Below are positions 24,721 to 33,490 of a stretch of 34,120 bases of DNA, one piece after another. This DNA is from a virus. Its lineage: Duplodnaviria > Caudoviricetes. The DNA lies in IMG/VR virus record IMGVR_UViG_3300037751_000573, positions 1 to 34,120 of that record, one strand, 5' to 3'. Within the stretch, counting starts at the first letter, position 1, and each line of letters starts with the position of its first letter. The notes below the pieces were generated by a model, which worked only from the letters and a program-made list of their open reading frames with translations, searched no databases and was not told the origin of the DNA. Position numbers and translations under genes: made by a program.

Positions 24721-24807
24721 AGTTCTGAGTGCTGTTTTTCTAGTGCCGAGTTCCGAGTGCTGGGTGCCGAGTACGAGGTACTTTTCTTTACTCAGCACTC
24801 AGCACTT
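24721..24807. repeat. Heptamer tandem repeats forming an inverted repeat
   Basis: AGTTCTG AGTGCTG ... AGTGCCG AGTTCCG AGTGCTG GGTGCCG AGTA, followed by the complementary TACTCAGCACTCAGCACTT. Confidence 0.8.
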
Positions 24808-24822
24808 TTCCCTTTGCACTTT

Positions 24823-26052
24823 TTAAGCAGTCTTGATCCGGGCGAAGGCTTCTTCCAATACCGGCATGCCGTCGGTTTCCAGGTCGAAGATAAAACCGAT
24901 CTCGCCGGTAAGGGCGAACAGCTCGTTGAGCCGCTTGATCCGCAGGGCCAGGCTGTTGGCGATGTAGTACCAGGAGAAATCGCCGAACATGCCGACGTAC
25001 TGGCCGGAGGTGAAGGTGTTGGGTGCATACTCGCTCATATTCAGCGGGCGGCCCATGAGCAGATCCATGGCGCCCAGGGCCTCGGCCATCTCGAAGATGT
25101 ACCGGCCCTCGCCGTCCTTAAGCAGGGCGATCTTGGCCACGGCGTCGCGGTGGAAGAGCCACTGGGCGGTCTTCATGTACTGGGCCTTGAGGCTGTACTT
25201 GACCATCTTGAGGGCGTCCGCGGTGAAGTCGGTCTGGGTCATGTAGGTGGAAACGTCGCGGGCCGTGGAGATGCCCTGGGCCGAGGCGGTGAATACCCCA
25301 AGGGCCTGCTTGTCGCCGGTGCCGACGAGGAAGGCTTTTTCTTTGGTGATCCCGAACTTGTAGGAGGCGCGATCCATGATGATGGCTTCCGGGTTCATGC
25401 CGTCGGCGCGGAGCAGCTTGTCCGAGGCCTTGATCAACTTCTTGAGCGGGTGGGGGGTCAGCTCGCGCTTGCCGAAGCCGAGGGCGGTATCTTCCGGGGA
25501 AAGCTTGATTTCCGTGGACCATTCGGCGTCGTCGACGTCGGTGTCCAGGGTGGGGAAGCCCAGGCCATTGGCGTTGTTGGTGTTGAACACCGTGGCCAGA
25601 CTCTCGATAAACACCGCATCCTTGACCTTGGCGATCAGGGACTGGACAAACTCCCGCGGGGTGTTGAGGAACCCGGCGGAAGTTTCGTTGCCGCTGGTGA
25701 GGGTCCGGTATTCCTCCGGGGAAAGCTGTTCGCCGTTGGCGATATCCAAGGTCAGCAGCTTACGGAACGCCTTGCTCCGCGCCTCGGCATCCGGGGCCTG
25801 CGGGGTGCGCTGCTCGCCCTGCTGGGCCGCGATGGCGATGGCGGCCTGGGCCCGCTCCTCTTCCTCCAGCTTGGTGAGCCGCTCGAAGTCGGCCCGGTGT
25901 TCGGCCGCCTCTTTCAGCCAGGCGTCGGACTGCCGCTTCTCATCCTCGGTCATGGACCGCTTTTCGGTCTCCGCCTTGTCCAGCAATCCCCGCGCCTCGG
26001 AGATGGCCCGGTTTCTCTTCTCCTGCAATTCCCTCAATTTTGCTGCGCTCAT
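24823..26052 (-). CDS. Major capsid protein, HK97 family
   Basis: Coiled-coil delta domain, AGFLNTPREF, AFLVGTG, LKDGEGRYIF, LMGRP, FGDFSWY. Confidence 0.95.
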   Translation of the reverse strand: MSAAKLRELQEKRNRAISEARGLLDKAETEKRSMTEDEKRQSDAWLKEAAEHRADFERLTKLEEEERAQAAIAIAAQQGEQRTPQAPDAEARSKAFRKLLTLDIANGEQLSPEEYRTLTSGNETSAGFLNTPREFVQSLIAKVKDAVFIESLATVFNTNNANGLGFPTLDTDVDDAEWSTEIKLSPEDTALGFGKRELTPHPLKKLIKASDKLLRADGMNPEAIIMDRASYKFGITKEKAFLVGTGDKQALGVFTASAQGISTARDVSTYMTQTDFTADALKMVKYSLKAQYMKTAQWLFHRDAVAKIALLKDGEGRYIFEMAEALGAMDLLMGRPLNMSEYAPNTFTSGQYVGMFGDFSWYYIANSLALRIKRLNELFALTGEIGFIFDLETDGMPVLEEAFARIKTA

Positions 26053-26142
26053 GTCTTGCTCCTTTCTGTCCTCTCGACAGTAAGTTTTCCGGCCCTGTCT
26101 CTCGACGGTCCTTTCGTTTATGGCCTGATTCGGCTCAGGTTC

Positions 26143-26760
26143 CTACAATGCGGCTTCCAGGTCCAACCTGAGCCGACGCATAAAACTATCATCCTGGGGC
26201 GGAGCCTCCTTCGCCTTGATGCTATCCAAAGAGCGCACCGCGCAATCGGTCTCCGGGTAAGCCGGGTAGGTAACCGGCGAGACGTCATAGATGCGCTCGA
26301 ATTTGCTGATGGTTCTGGTCCAGTTGCCGGAGTTGTCCGGGTCGCGGGTCCACTCGTCGCCATCCTCGGCAACCGTGAAGGCAAAGGACATCTCCTTGAT
26401 GTCGCCCCGTTTCATGGAGACCTGCAGGTCGCGGCCCGTGGTGGTGTCCGGCGGGTCAATCTCGATGGCCAGGCCGGTGGCATCCTCTACCACCCGCAGG
26501 GTGCCGGAGGAAGAGCGGCCCAGGATCAGATCCGGGTTGTGGTTGAACAGGGCCCGGACATCGGAGCCTTTCAGCGCCTCGGCGAAAGCGCCAGGCTTGA
26601 TGATCTCCCGGAAGCACCCGGCCAGCATCTCGGATGGTGAATCAAACACCGCTGCATGGCCGCGCATCATCGGGGTCTCGCCTTCGCCCATGCCGTCCAT
26701 GCTAATCTCCATGGCCACGGAACGGCGCTCTTTGTTGGGGGTGTTCGGCTGGTTGTTCAT
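26143..26760 (-). CDS. HK97-type prohead protease
   Basis: GHAAVFD, FREIIKPGAF, ALFNHN, MSFAF, DVSPVTYPAY; real start MNNQ at 26760. Confidence 0.95.
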   Translation of the reverse strand: MNNQPNTPNKERRSVAMEISMDGMGEGETPMMRGHAAVFDSPSEMLAGCFREIIKPGAFAEALKGSDVRALFNHNPDLILGRSSSGTLRVVEDATGLAIEIDPPDTTTGRDLQVSMKRGDIKEMSFAFTVAEDGDEWTRDPDNSGNWTRTISKFERIYDVSPVTYPAYPETDCAVRSLDSIKAKEAPPQDDSFMRRLRLDLEAAL

Positions 26761-28070
26761 TTTTTCGTCGCCTCCTTGGGCGCCAATGGTTTTTGCCCGG
26801 CCAGTCTGGCCGGCATCATGCCGGATTGCAGGTAGAGCTGCTTGCCTTCCTCGGTGCCGGTGGGGTTCTCGCCCTCGTACAGGCAGACGCCGTCCGGGGT
26901 GATGGAGGCCATCTCGAACCGGGCCTTGAGGTATTGCGCCCTGGCCGCCGCATCGCCGCGCAGCATGGAGTCCATGTCGAAGTCGATCTCTATCTTGCCG
27001 TCCTCGGAGGGGTAGAGCAGGGTGCGGTCCATATCGCCTTCCCAGCAACTGACATTGGGGGCGATGGTATGGACCTTGAAGCTCATGAAAAACTGCTCGG
27101 CGCTGGCATAGGTCGGGGCCTTGTCGCCGTGGCCGATCAGGATCAGGGGCACGTTGAAGATGCGGGCGATGTCCTCCACCTGAAACTTGCGGCTTTCCAA
27201 AAACTGCGACTCCACCCCGGTCATGGCGATCTTGGTGATATCCATGCCGTCTTCCAGGATCATGGTCTTGTGGGAGTTTCCCGCCCCGGCATACTCGCCT
27301 CCGCTGTTGAGCTGCTCCTTGAGGCGTTTGAAGGTCTCCTCTTTCAGCTTCTGCGGGTGCTTGAACACTTTGCCGATTTGGGCGCCGTTGGAAAACAGCC
27401 GTGCCCCGTGCTCCTCGGTGGCCATGGCCAAGCCCACGGCCTGGTATGCCGCCCATTTGATCGGACTCAGGCCGATGATCCCGTTGATGGTGAAGTGTCG
27501 GATATGCAGCACCTCGTCAGCGCTGAGGATCTCGGCGGGGCCGTTCTGTGGAAAATGCTGATACCAGAGGACCGACCCGGCCGGCGGGCAGGGAGAGGTG
27601 TCGTACAGATAGTAGGTGGCCCCGGAGGGGGAAATGACAAATGGATAGACCGAGTCCGGGTGCATGGGCACCAGTTCATGTCGCTGCTGGCCGGGGATAA
27701 AGATGTACTTGGCGTAGGCGTTGCCACGCATTTGCCGGTGGCCCTCCATCATTTGGAAAAAACCGAAGGAGGATTGCCACGGGTTGGTCCGTGAGCGGAG
27801 CAGCTTGGAGAGCCGGTGGCCGGGGAGTTTCTGTTTGCTGCCGTCCGGGCGGATTTCCTTGACATGCTTGGGCAGCATGGCCAGGGTCTGGGCCAGGACG
27901 GTGACGCAGGCGTAGACGGCGGAGGTGCGCATGGCCGTGTCCGGGGTGACATGCTGGCCCGCGGCATTGCCCCGGCCACCGCCGAACAGATCGGCCAGGG
28001 CCGGATCTTTCGGGTGGTACGATCCGGAGACGGAGCCCCGCTGCTCGATGGCCTGGGCGATGATCCCCAT
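26757..28070 (-). CDS. Portal protein, HK97 family
   Basis: AVYACV, RGNAY, EVLHIR, GLSPI, QFLESRKFQVEDIARIFNVP; start MGII at 28070. Confidence 0.95.
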   Translation of the reverse strand: MGIIAQAIEQRGSVSGSYHPKDPALADLFGGGRGNAAGQHVTPDTAMRTSAVYACVTVLAQTLAMLPKHVKEIRPDGSKQKLPGHRLSKLLRSRTNPWQSSFGFFQMMEGHRQMRGNAYAKYIFIPGQQRHELVPMHPDSVYPFVISPSGATYYLYDTSPCPPAGSVLWYQHFPQNGPAEILSADEVLHIRHFTINGIIGLSPIKWAAYQAVGLAMATEEHGARLFSNGAQIGKVFKHPQKLKEETFKRLKEQLNSGGEYAGAGNSHKTMILEDGMDITKIAMTGVESQFLESRKFQVEDIARIFNVPLILIGHGDKAPTYASAEQFFMSFKVHTIAPNVSCWEGDMDRTLLYPSEDGKIEIDFDMDSMLRGDAAARAQYLKARFEMASITPDGVCLYEGENPTGTEEGKQLYLQSGMMPARLAGQKPLAPKEATKK

Positions 28071-28252
28071 CAGCCCTCCCCTCTCGGCCTTGCCGGGATA
28101 GAGAGATAGACCCCGGCGGCCAGCAACAGACAGCCGCACACGGCAAAGCTCACCCAGGGCAGAAACAGGAATAGACCGTACCCAAGCAGGCACAGTCCGG
28201 CGAAGCAGAGAAAGTCAGGGAGGTCCGGGAGGAGCTTGCGGAGGTTCTTCAC
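28070..28252 (-). CDS. Small 2-TM membrane protein preceding the portal
   Basis: 60 aa, hydrophobic; a gene of this type commonly precedes HK97-like portal genes. Confidence 0.7.
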   Translation of the reverse strand: MKNLRKLLPDLPDFLCFAGLCLLGYGLFLFLPWVSFAVCGCLLLAAGVYLSIPARPRGEG

Positions 28253-28254
28253 AT

Positions 28255-28376
28255 AAAAATCCCCTGGCCAAAAATAGTATCAAGGCGTTAGCTAAATCAG
28301 ATACTAGATATGGTACAGGGAATTTTTTGTAATACAATATGTGGTGGGGGTATTGGCTGTTTTGGCGAAATTGGGG
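28255..28376 (-). promoter_or_regulatory. Putative late promoter with upstream 9-bp-period repeats and an inverted repeat
   Basis: TTGTAT-16-TACCAT on the - strand; CCAA-type repeats at + TTGG 28353, 28362, 28371 and GTGG 28344; long imperfect inverted repeat 28255-28327. Confidence 0.5.
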
Positions 28377-28403
28377 AAAAGCTACGGGCCAAGCAAGTCG
28401 TGA

Positions 28404-28883
28404 TTATTCATAGTCGGGGAAGATGACCACCACCTGCCATTGGTGGCCATTGTAATCCATGGTCAGGAGCGCGCCACGGTCTAGTTGGGAAACATTAAGC
28501 CCGCTATAGTCCCAACCGGCAAAGATGCCGATAAATCCTGACGCAGTAGTCGTGTAGCTGACTACATCGCCAGGCCGCAGCCGCTCGGAACTCCAGGCCC
28601 TAACCGGCGTTCCATATGTGCCGGGTGTCCCGGAACTAAAAACGCTTTCCTGGAAAAGCAAGATGTCGAGGCGGGCGCCGAACTGATCTGATATCCGGAC
28701 AATCTTGATCTTCACCGCTGTTCCTGCCGGCATCAGCCGATCTAAGACGATTGCCTTGTTGATGGCTGTCCACCCCTGGGCCGCTGCCTGTGTCGGCAGG
28801 GCGATAAGCAGCAGCAGGGCAAAGAACTGAATAATTTTTTTCATGAAGCGCCACCGAGTAAACTTCAAGTATTTTACGCTCAT
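28404..28883 (-). CDS. Exported hypothetical protein (moron-like)
   Basis: GGGAGG SD; signal peptide MKKIIQFFALLLLIALPTQAAA; lower GC than the flanks. Confidence 0.7.
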   Translation of the reverse strand: MSVKYLKFTRWRFMKKIIQFFALLLLIALPTQAAAQGWTAINKAIVLDRLMPAGTAVKIKIVRISDQFGARLDILLFQESVFSSGTPGTYGTPVRAWSSERLRPGDVVSYTTTASGFIGIFAGWDYSGLNVSQLDRGALLTMDYNGHQWQVVVIFPDYE

Positions 28884-28895
28884 CTCTTGCCTCCC

Positions 28896-29093
28896 TCACA
28901 CGCACGCTTGCTGATCCCGCTGCTGCTTGTAGTTTACCACGCTGGACTCGAACACTCTATACCCTTTCTTCGGCCCCCTGGTGGTGTAGCGCAACAGGCC
29001 GCTCGACATCAGCCGACGCACGGAGGTATCGCTCAACCCGAGCTTTGCCGCCACGATGGAAACCTCCAACTCCCGGTCTTCTTCTTTGGTCAT
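28896..29093 (-). CDS. Small Xis/MerR-type winged-HTH protein
   Basis: VAAKLGLSDTSVRRLMSSGLL...GYRVFESSV; GGAGGGAGG SD; start MTKEE at 29093. Confidence 0.8.
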   Translation of the reverse strand: MTKEEDRELEVSIVAAKLGLSDTSVRRLMSSGLLRYTTRGPKKGYRVFESSVVNYKQQRDQQACV

Positions 29094-29113
29094 AACCGCC
29101 CTCCCTCCATTGC

Positions 29114-30787
29114 TCAGGCCCACTTGATTTCGGTATCGCGTTCGCAAGGATGCTTCTGCGCCCTGTCCAGGGCCATGATCACCGCCACGATGCCGTCTAT
29201 TTTTTCGATGCTTTTTTCCTTGTCCGGCTTGATGTTGCCCGCCGGGTCGGTGCGGATCACCACGTTGGCCGCCATCCAGGCCAGGGCCGGGTTGCCGCCG
29301 TGGGCCAGCAGGCCGGAGAGCACCAGCCGCTCCAGCTCTTTGGTCGGGGGGCTCATGCTCGCAAAGCCCTGGCCGAACTCGATCATGGTGTGGCCGTCCT
29401 CTTCCAAATCCTGCCGGAGCTTGGAGGCTCCCCACCGGTCGTAGGCTATCTCGGTTATTTGGAACTTGGCCGCATCATCGTTGACCTGTTTGCGGATAAA
29501 GGTGTAATCGATGGCCGCGCCGGGGGTGGGGGTGAGGAGCCCGGCCTTTACCCACGCCTCATAAGGCACCCGGTCGCGCTTGGAGCGGGCCGCGATGTTG
29601 TCCGCCGGGCAGAAGAGGCGGACCAGCACCTTGTAGGGCTCGTCCTCTTCCAGGGGTGGGAAGACCAGCGCCCACCCGGAGAGATCGATGGTGGAGGAAA
29701 GATCCAGGGCACCGCAGCATTCCCGCCCGGCCAGCTCCTCCTCGGCTACCACCACCAGGCCGCAGGATTTCCACGCCTCTGGATCGAGCCAGCGGCTTTC
29801 CGCCTGGGTCCAAAGGCTGAAATGATAGCGCAGCACCTGGTTAATTTGGGACGGCATCGACTTGGCCTTGGCCACCTTCTTTTGCAGATAGTTGAGCTTC
29901 ACACTCACCCCAAGGTTCGGATTGGCCTTACTCCAGACCGCCTCGTTTTCCCAGTCGTCGCCCTCGTCCATGGTGTAGATGAGTCCAAAGAGGGAGTCGT
30001 CCTCTTCCAGTCCCTCCAGCACCTTGATTAACCGTTCACGCTCCTCATAGCAGATGGAGACCCGTGATGTCCCCGCTGTGGTAATGGAGAACGACAACGG
30101 CTGGCGGCGGGAGCCCTGGGCGGTATCCAGTTTGGCGTTGAAGTCGCGGTCTTTCCACTCATGCACCTCATCCTTGATCAGTCCGTGGATGTTGAGGCCG
30201 TCAAGCGATTTCGAGTCCCGGCCCAGGGGCTCGAACTTGGAAGCCGTGCCCTGGATATGCAGATTGTTGCGGAACACCGTGATCCGGGCGGACAGGGCGG
30301 GGGAGGCCTCCACCATCCGGGTGCCTTCGCCATGGCAGCCATCTTTTCCCGCCTGGTCTCGTTTGGTGGCGGCGGCGAACACTTCGGCCCCAGGCTCGTC
30401 ATCGGCCACCATCAGGTAAAGCCCAATACCGGCAGCCAATGTGGTCTTGCCGTTTTTGCGGGCCACCTCCAAATATCCGTCTCGGAAGCGTCTGGTCCCG
30501 TCTACCTGCTCTTTCCATCCAAAAAGGCACCAGAGGTAGAACTGCTGCCACGGCTCCAGCACCAGTTCCTGCCCGGCCCATTCTCCCTTGGAGTGGCGAA
30601 GAAACCGGAAAAAGCCGATGGCATGCTCGGCCGCCGCATAGTCAAACCACAAGCCCCGCTGCGCCCCGGTCTCCAGATCGCGGAAATGCCGCTCCACCGC
30701 CAGCTTGACATAGCGGCAGGCCACGATCTCGCCGCGGCGCACGCCCCAGGCGTACTGCATGGCGATGGGCAGGGGGCTACTTGCCAC
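29114..30787 (-). CDS. terL: Terminase large subunit
   Basis: LEPWQQF, Walker A RKNGKT, Walker B LIKDEVH, ITTAG, ALDLS, KIDGIVA. Confidence 0.96.
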   Translation of the reverse strand: MASSPLPIAMQYAWGVRRGEIVACRYVKLAVERHFRDLETGAQRGLWFDYAAAEHAIGFFRFLRHSKGEWAGQELVLEPWQQFYLWCLFGWKEQVDGTRRFRDGYLEVARKNGKTTLAAGIGLYLMVADDEPGAEVFAAATKRDQAGKDGCHGEGTRMVEASPALSARITVFRNNLHIQGTASKFEPLGRDSKSLDGLNIHGLIKDEVHEWKDRDFNAKLDTAQGSRRQPLSFSITTAGTSRVSICYEERERLIKVLEGLEEDDSLFGLIYTMDEGDDWENEAVWSKANPNLGVSVKLNYLQKKVAKAKSMPSQINQVLRYHFSLWTQAESRWLDPEAWKSCGLVVVAEEELAGRECCGALDLSSTIDLSGWALVFPPLEEDEPYKVLVRLFCPADNIAARSKRDRVPYEAWVKAGLLTPTPGAAIDYTFIRKQVNDDAAKFQITEIAYDRWGASKLRQDLEEDGHTMIEFGQGFASMSPPTKELERLVLSGLLAHGGNPALAWMAANVVIRTDPAGNIKPDKEKSIEKIDGIVAVIMALDRAQKHPCERDTEIKWA

Positions 30788-31310
30788 TCAGGAAATCCCC
30801 GAACTCGTCTTTTGCCGCGGCGGGCGGCACATGGATGCGGCTGCGGGAGGAGGGGGTCAACCCGAACTCCACCATGAACTGGCGCATCTGGGTGAGCACC
30901 TTCTGCTGCACCTCGAACATGGGGTTGAGGGCGATGATCACCGCGCCCGTGTTTTTCTTCCTCCCCCTTTTTTTCGGGGCACCCGGCTCGGTTGATTCTG
31001 GTTCGGCTTGCACCGTGGTCCTGATCATCAACCCATGTTTCTTAATCTCTTTCTGCGCCTCCACCATATACCCGTACTGGATACAGTAGGCCTCAAGGGC
31101 GGTGATATCTCCGGTGGTCAGCACCCGGGAAGCATGCAGCAGGGGGGCAACCCGTTTCCATTCCTTTTTGGCCGGCACGGAGAGGTAGGGCGGAGGGGAG
31201 GGCGCCTTGTCAAACTCCGGCAACCGCGGCTCTTCCTGGTTGAGCGCCCGTTTTCCGGGGTTGCCCGCCAGTTTTTTCTGGGCGGTGGGTTTTGGTTTAC
31301 GGCCTGCCAT
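30777..31310 (-). CDS. terS: Terminase small subunit, P27 family
   Basis: GRKPKPT...GNPGKR, AKKEWKR, EFGLTPSSRSRI. Confidence 0.93.
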   Translation of the reverse strand: MAGRKPKPTAQKKLAGNPGKRALNQEEPRLPEFDKAPSPPPYLSVPAKKEWKRVAPLLHASRVLTTGDITALEAYCIQYGYMVEAQKEIKKHGLMIRTTVQAEPESTEPGAPKKRGRKKNTGAVIIALNPMFEVQQKVLTQMRQFMVEFGLTPSSRSRIHVPPAAAKDEFGDFLSGK

Positions 31311-31313
31311 GGA

Positions 31314-31676
31314 TCAGATCCTCCCGAACCCGCCATCTTCCGTGGCGGTCTTGATGTTGTGGCACGTTTCGCACAGGCCCTGGTGGTTGGTGGGATCCCA
31401 GAACAGCGCCTCGTCGCCCTTGTGCGGGACGATGTGATCCACCGCAAAGGTGGCGGCTACTCTGCCGTTCTTCCGGCACTCTTCGCAGAGTGGATGCTCG
31501 GCAATAAATTGTTTCCGGTACTTCTGCCAGCGGTGACCATAGCCGCGCTGGGCTGCAGTGCCGCGCCGCTGATCCACGGCCCGCCGGTCGTCCTTGCGGT
31601 GCGACTCACAGAAGCGGGCGGTGGTGAGGGCCGGGCATCCTGGCCAGCGGCAAGGGCGTTTGGGGGCGGATGGCAT
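31314..31676 (-). CDS. HNH endonuclease (terminase-associated, HK97 gp74-like)
   Basis: RGYGHRW, HPLCEEC, VDHIVPHKGD, NHQGLCETCHNIKT. Confidence 0.93.
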   Translation of the reverse strand: MPSAPKRPCRWPGCPALTTARFCESHRKDDRRAVDQRRGTAAQRGYGHRWQKYRKQFIAEHPLCEECRKNGRVAATFAVDHIVPHKGDEALFWDPTNHQGLCETCHNIKTATEDGGFGRI

Positions 31677-31679
31677 TTG

Positions 31680-32189
31680 TTATGCTTGCACGTGCTGTTC
31701 GCACGCTCGGTACTCGTAGTGGTCAAGGCTCCATATCAGCCGGAGAGCCATCGCCGCCGTCTGGATAGCCTCGGTGCGGACCTCATTGGCGCTGGTCTTG
31801 TTCGGCTCATAGGTAAGTTGCAGCATGGCCTTGTTTAACTCGCCGAACTCCTCTCCGAGTATCGCCAACGCATGCAGCGGATCGGACGGCCACGTTGGAA
31901 ATTTCCGCATCGCCCTGCCAACTTCATCAACAACCTGCTCAATCACGTCCATGTCCATATCCTCGATGGTTAATAGGTAATCGTCGCACATCCAAAACGG
32001 AATAAACCCCACCCCAAAAAACCTCACCAGCATCAACGCCCCGCAGGGCTCACAAAATCCATGACTCTCGCCCCCGTTACCACCCATGGCACTCTTCACC
32101 CCGTAATGCCGCCGGCAGACGCAGCAGGTCGAGATCAGAATGCCGGACGACTCAGGCTCCATGACATGGCTCGTTTTTCTTGCCGTCAT
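31680..32189 (-). CDS. Zinc-finger plus MazG-like all-alpha NTP pyrophosphatase domain
   Basis: CCVC...SHGFCEPC, then ILGEEFGEL...EAIQTAA; internal GAGG-ATG near 31958. Confidence 0.6.
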   Translation of the reverse strand: MTARKTSHVMEPESSGILISTCCVCRRHYGVKSAMGGNGGESHGFCEPCGALMLVRFFGVGFIPFWMCDDYLLTIEDMDMDVIEQVVDEVGRAMRKFPTWPSDPLHALAILGEEFGELNKAMLQLTYEPNKTSANEVRTEAIQTAAMALRLIWSLDHYEYRACEQHVQA

Positions 32190-32571
32190 GAAACCCCTTT
32201 CCCCATGCTTGTCTTAATTGTTTGAGGGTATATCTTTTATCATCATCTCCAGCTTCTTCACTTCCAATTATTGGTTCTGGTAAAGAGATATCTCCATAAT
32301 AGCACCATCCGACAACATCAATAATATTATCAGAATACCTGTCTTTTGGCTCCTGTATCCACGTTCCTTCTTCATATTCAGAATATTCTTTTTTAATACT
32401 ACTGTATGTGTAAACTCCGCTTAAAATAGAGTTTCCATCAGTAATAAGTACAATTTCAGAAAGCACCACGCCTTCTCTGGATGATCTTTCTATATTATCT
32501 GGATGTAAAGGTTCTTCATCTATTCGTGGCAATTCTATAGCCGGGTTTTTCCACTTAATCGTTGTTATCAT
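32152..32571 (-). CDS. Hypothetical AT-rich protein (W..P..ELP ... VVGW pattern, DUF551-like)
   Basis: ATGA-coupled at 32571; markedly AT-rich. Confidence 0.6.
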   Translation of the reverse strand: MITTIKWKNPAIELPRIDEEPLHPDNIERSSREGVVLSEIVLITDGNSILSGVYTYSSIKKEYSEYEEGTWIQEPKDRYSDNIIDVVGWCYYGDISLPEPIIGSEEAGDDDKRYTLKQLRQAWGKGFHDGKKNEPCHGA

Positions 32572-32768
32572 GTCGGTTCCTCCACAACCAGCACCCGCAA
32601 CCCCTCTTCCCACCGCTCCACATCCGCCACCCTGTACCGGTAATCCCGGCCAAAGCGAAAGGCGGGCAGGGGGTTGCGCTTCCTCTTCCGCCAGCGGCGC
32701 AGGGTTTTGGTCTCAACCCGGAACCGCTCGGTCATCTCCTTGGTGGTGTAGTATGCCTGCATGCTCAT
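32568..32768 (-). CDS. Excisionase-like winged-HTH protein
   Basis: YYTTKEMTERFRVETKTLRRW...LPAFRFGRDYRYR. Confidence 0.8.
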   Translation of the reverse strand: MSMQAYYTTKEMTERFRVETKTLRRWRKRKRNPLPAFRFGRDYRYRVADVERWEEGLRVLVVEEPT

Positions 32769-33382
32769 ACCCCGGCCCTCTCGATCACCCCGTCCAGGTC
32801 GGCAGCCAGGAAGGAGAGGTACTGGTCGGTGGACTTGATATCCTTATGGCCCAGGGCCTTGCTCGTGGCGCGGAACGGATCCACCGGTTCGCCCATTGCC
32901 AGCCGGGCCAGCAGCTCCTGATAGATGTTGTTGGCAAAGGTCTTGCGCATGGTGTGGCTGCCCAGGCGGCCGGAGCATCCACCGGCGCGGCAGGCGTTAT
33001 GCACCACCCGCCAGGCCTGCACCCTCCCTAAACTCTCGCCGGTGCGCCGGGAGGGGAAAAGCGGATCGTCCCGATGGATAAAGCCCAGCCGGGAGAGCGC
33101 GGCCAGCCAGGGGGAGATCGCTTCCCGCGCATGGCTGTTGAGCTTGACCGTGCGGGATTCCCGCTTGCCCTTCATGTTGCGCCGTTGCACCGTCACCCTG
33201 GCGGCGATGGTCCCGGCCTGCTCCACCACATCGCCCAGGGTGAGGGAAAGTATCTCCGAGATACGAAAGCCGGTGTTGACCCCCAGGCCGAAGATAGCCC
33301 GGTCGCGCACGGCCATGGCGCCGCGCATGCAGCCGGACACCTGCGCCACCTCAGTGCGGCTCAACGGCAGACACCCGCGCAT
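32765..33382 (-). CDS. Small catalytic-domain-only tyrosine recombinase
   Basis: GGAGG SD then MRGCLPLS; TGFRISE (R), MKGK (K), HTMRK, LGHKDIKSTDQY; no N-terminal core-binding domain. Confidence 0.88.
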   Translation of the reverse strand: MRGCLPLSRTEVAQVSGCMRGAMAVRDRAIFGLGVNTGFRISEILSLTLGDVVEQAGTIAARVTVQRRNMKGKRESRTVKLNSHAREAISPWLAALSRLGFIHRDDPLFPSRRTGESLGRVQAWRVVHNACRAGGCSGRLGSHTMRKTFANNIYQELLARLAMGEPVDPFRATSKALGHKDIKSTDQYLSFLAADLDGVIERAGV

Positions 33383-33490
33383 GGGAAACCCTCCGGTCGC
33401 ATTTTTTGCAATGCGCAAAGTTGTTGAGGTCCAGGGCCTCGCAGACGTCCGGGTTGATGGCGCCGGGCTGGTATGGGCAGGCTCGTTTGC

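Noticed and set aside
24721-24807. CRISPR array or DGR-associated repeat
   Set aside because: The units are 7 bp with no spacers; no cas or reverse transcriptase gene and no TR/VR pair were noticed.
24757-26640. Long + strand ORFs opposite structural genes (e.g. 627 aa here, also 14344-15372, 26793-27794, 29150-30031)
   Set aside because: Antisense shadows of GC-rich coding genes, with no motifs or SD.
26761-27456. N-terminal extensions in the ORF track for protease, portal, initiator, HTH and 23275 gene
   Set aside because: They overlap bona fide upstream genes; downstream starts have SD or stop-start coupling.
28280-28295. GGCGTTAGC resembling an attC R' end
   Set aside because: No upstream RYYYAAC with correct spacing; it lies in the loop of a different inverted repeat.
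28376-28395. Sigma54 promoter TGGCCCG on the - strand
   Set aside because: The -12 TTGC element is absent at the required spacing.
31679-31685. Second GTTATGC core at a gene stop, identical to the attC R' box
   Set aside because: No matching R''/L boxes or stem nearby; a 7-mer match is expected by chance.
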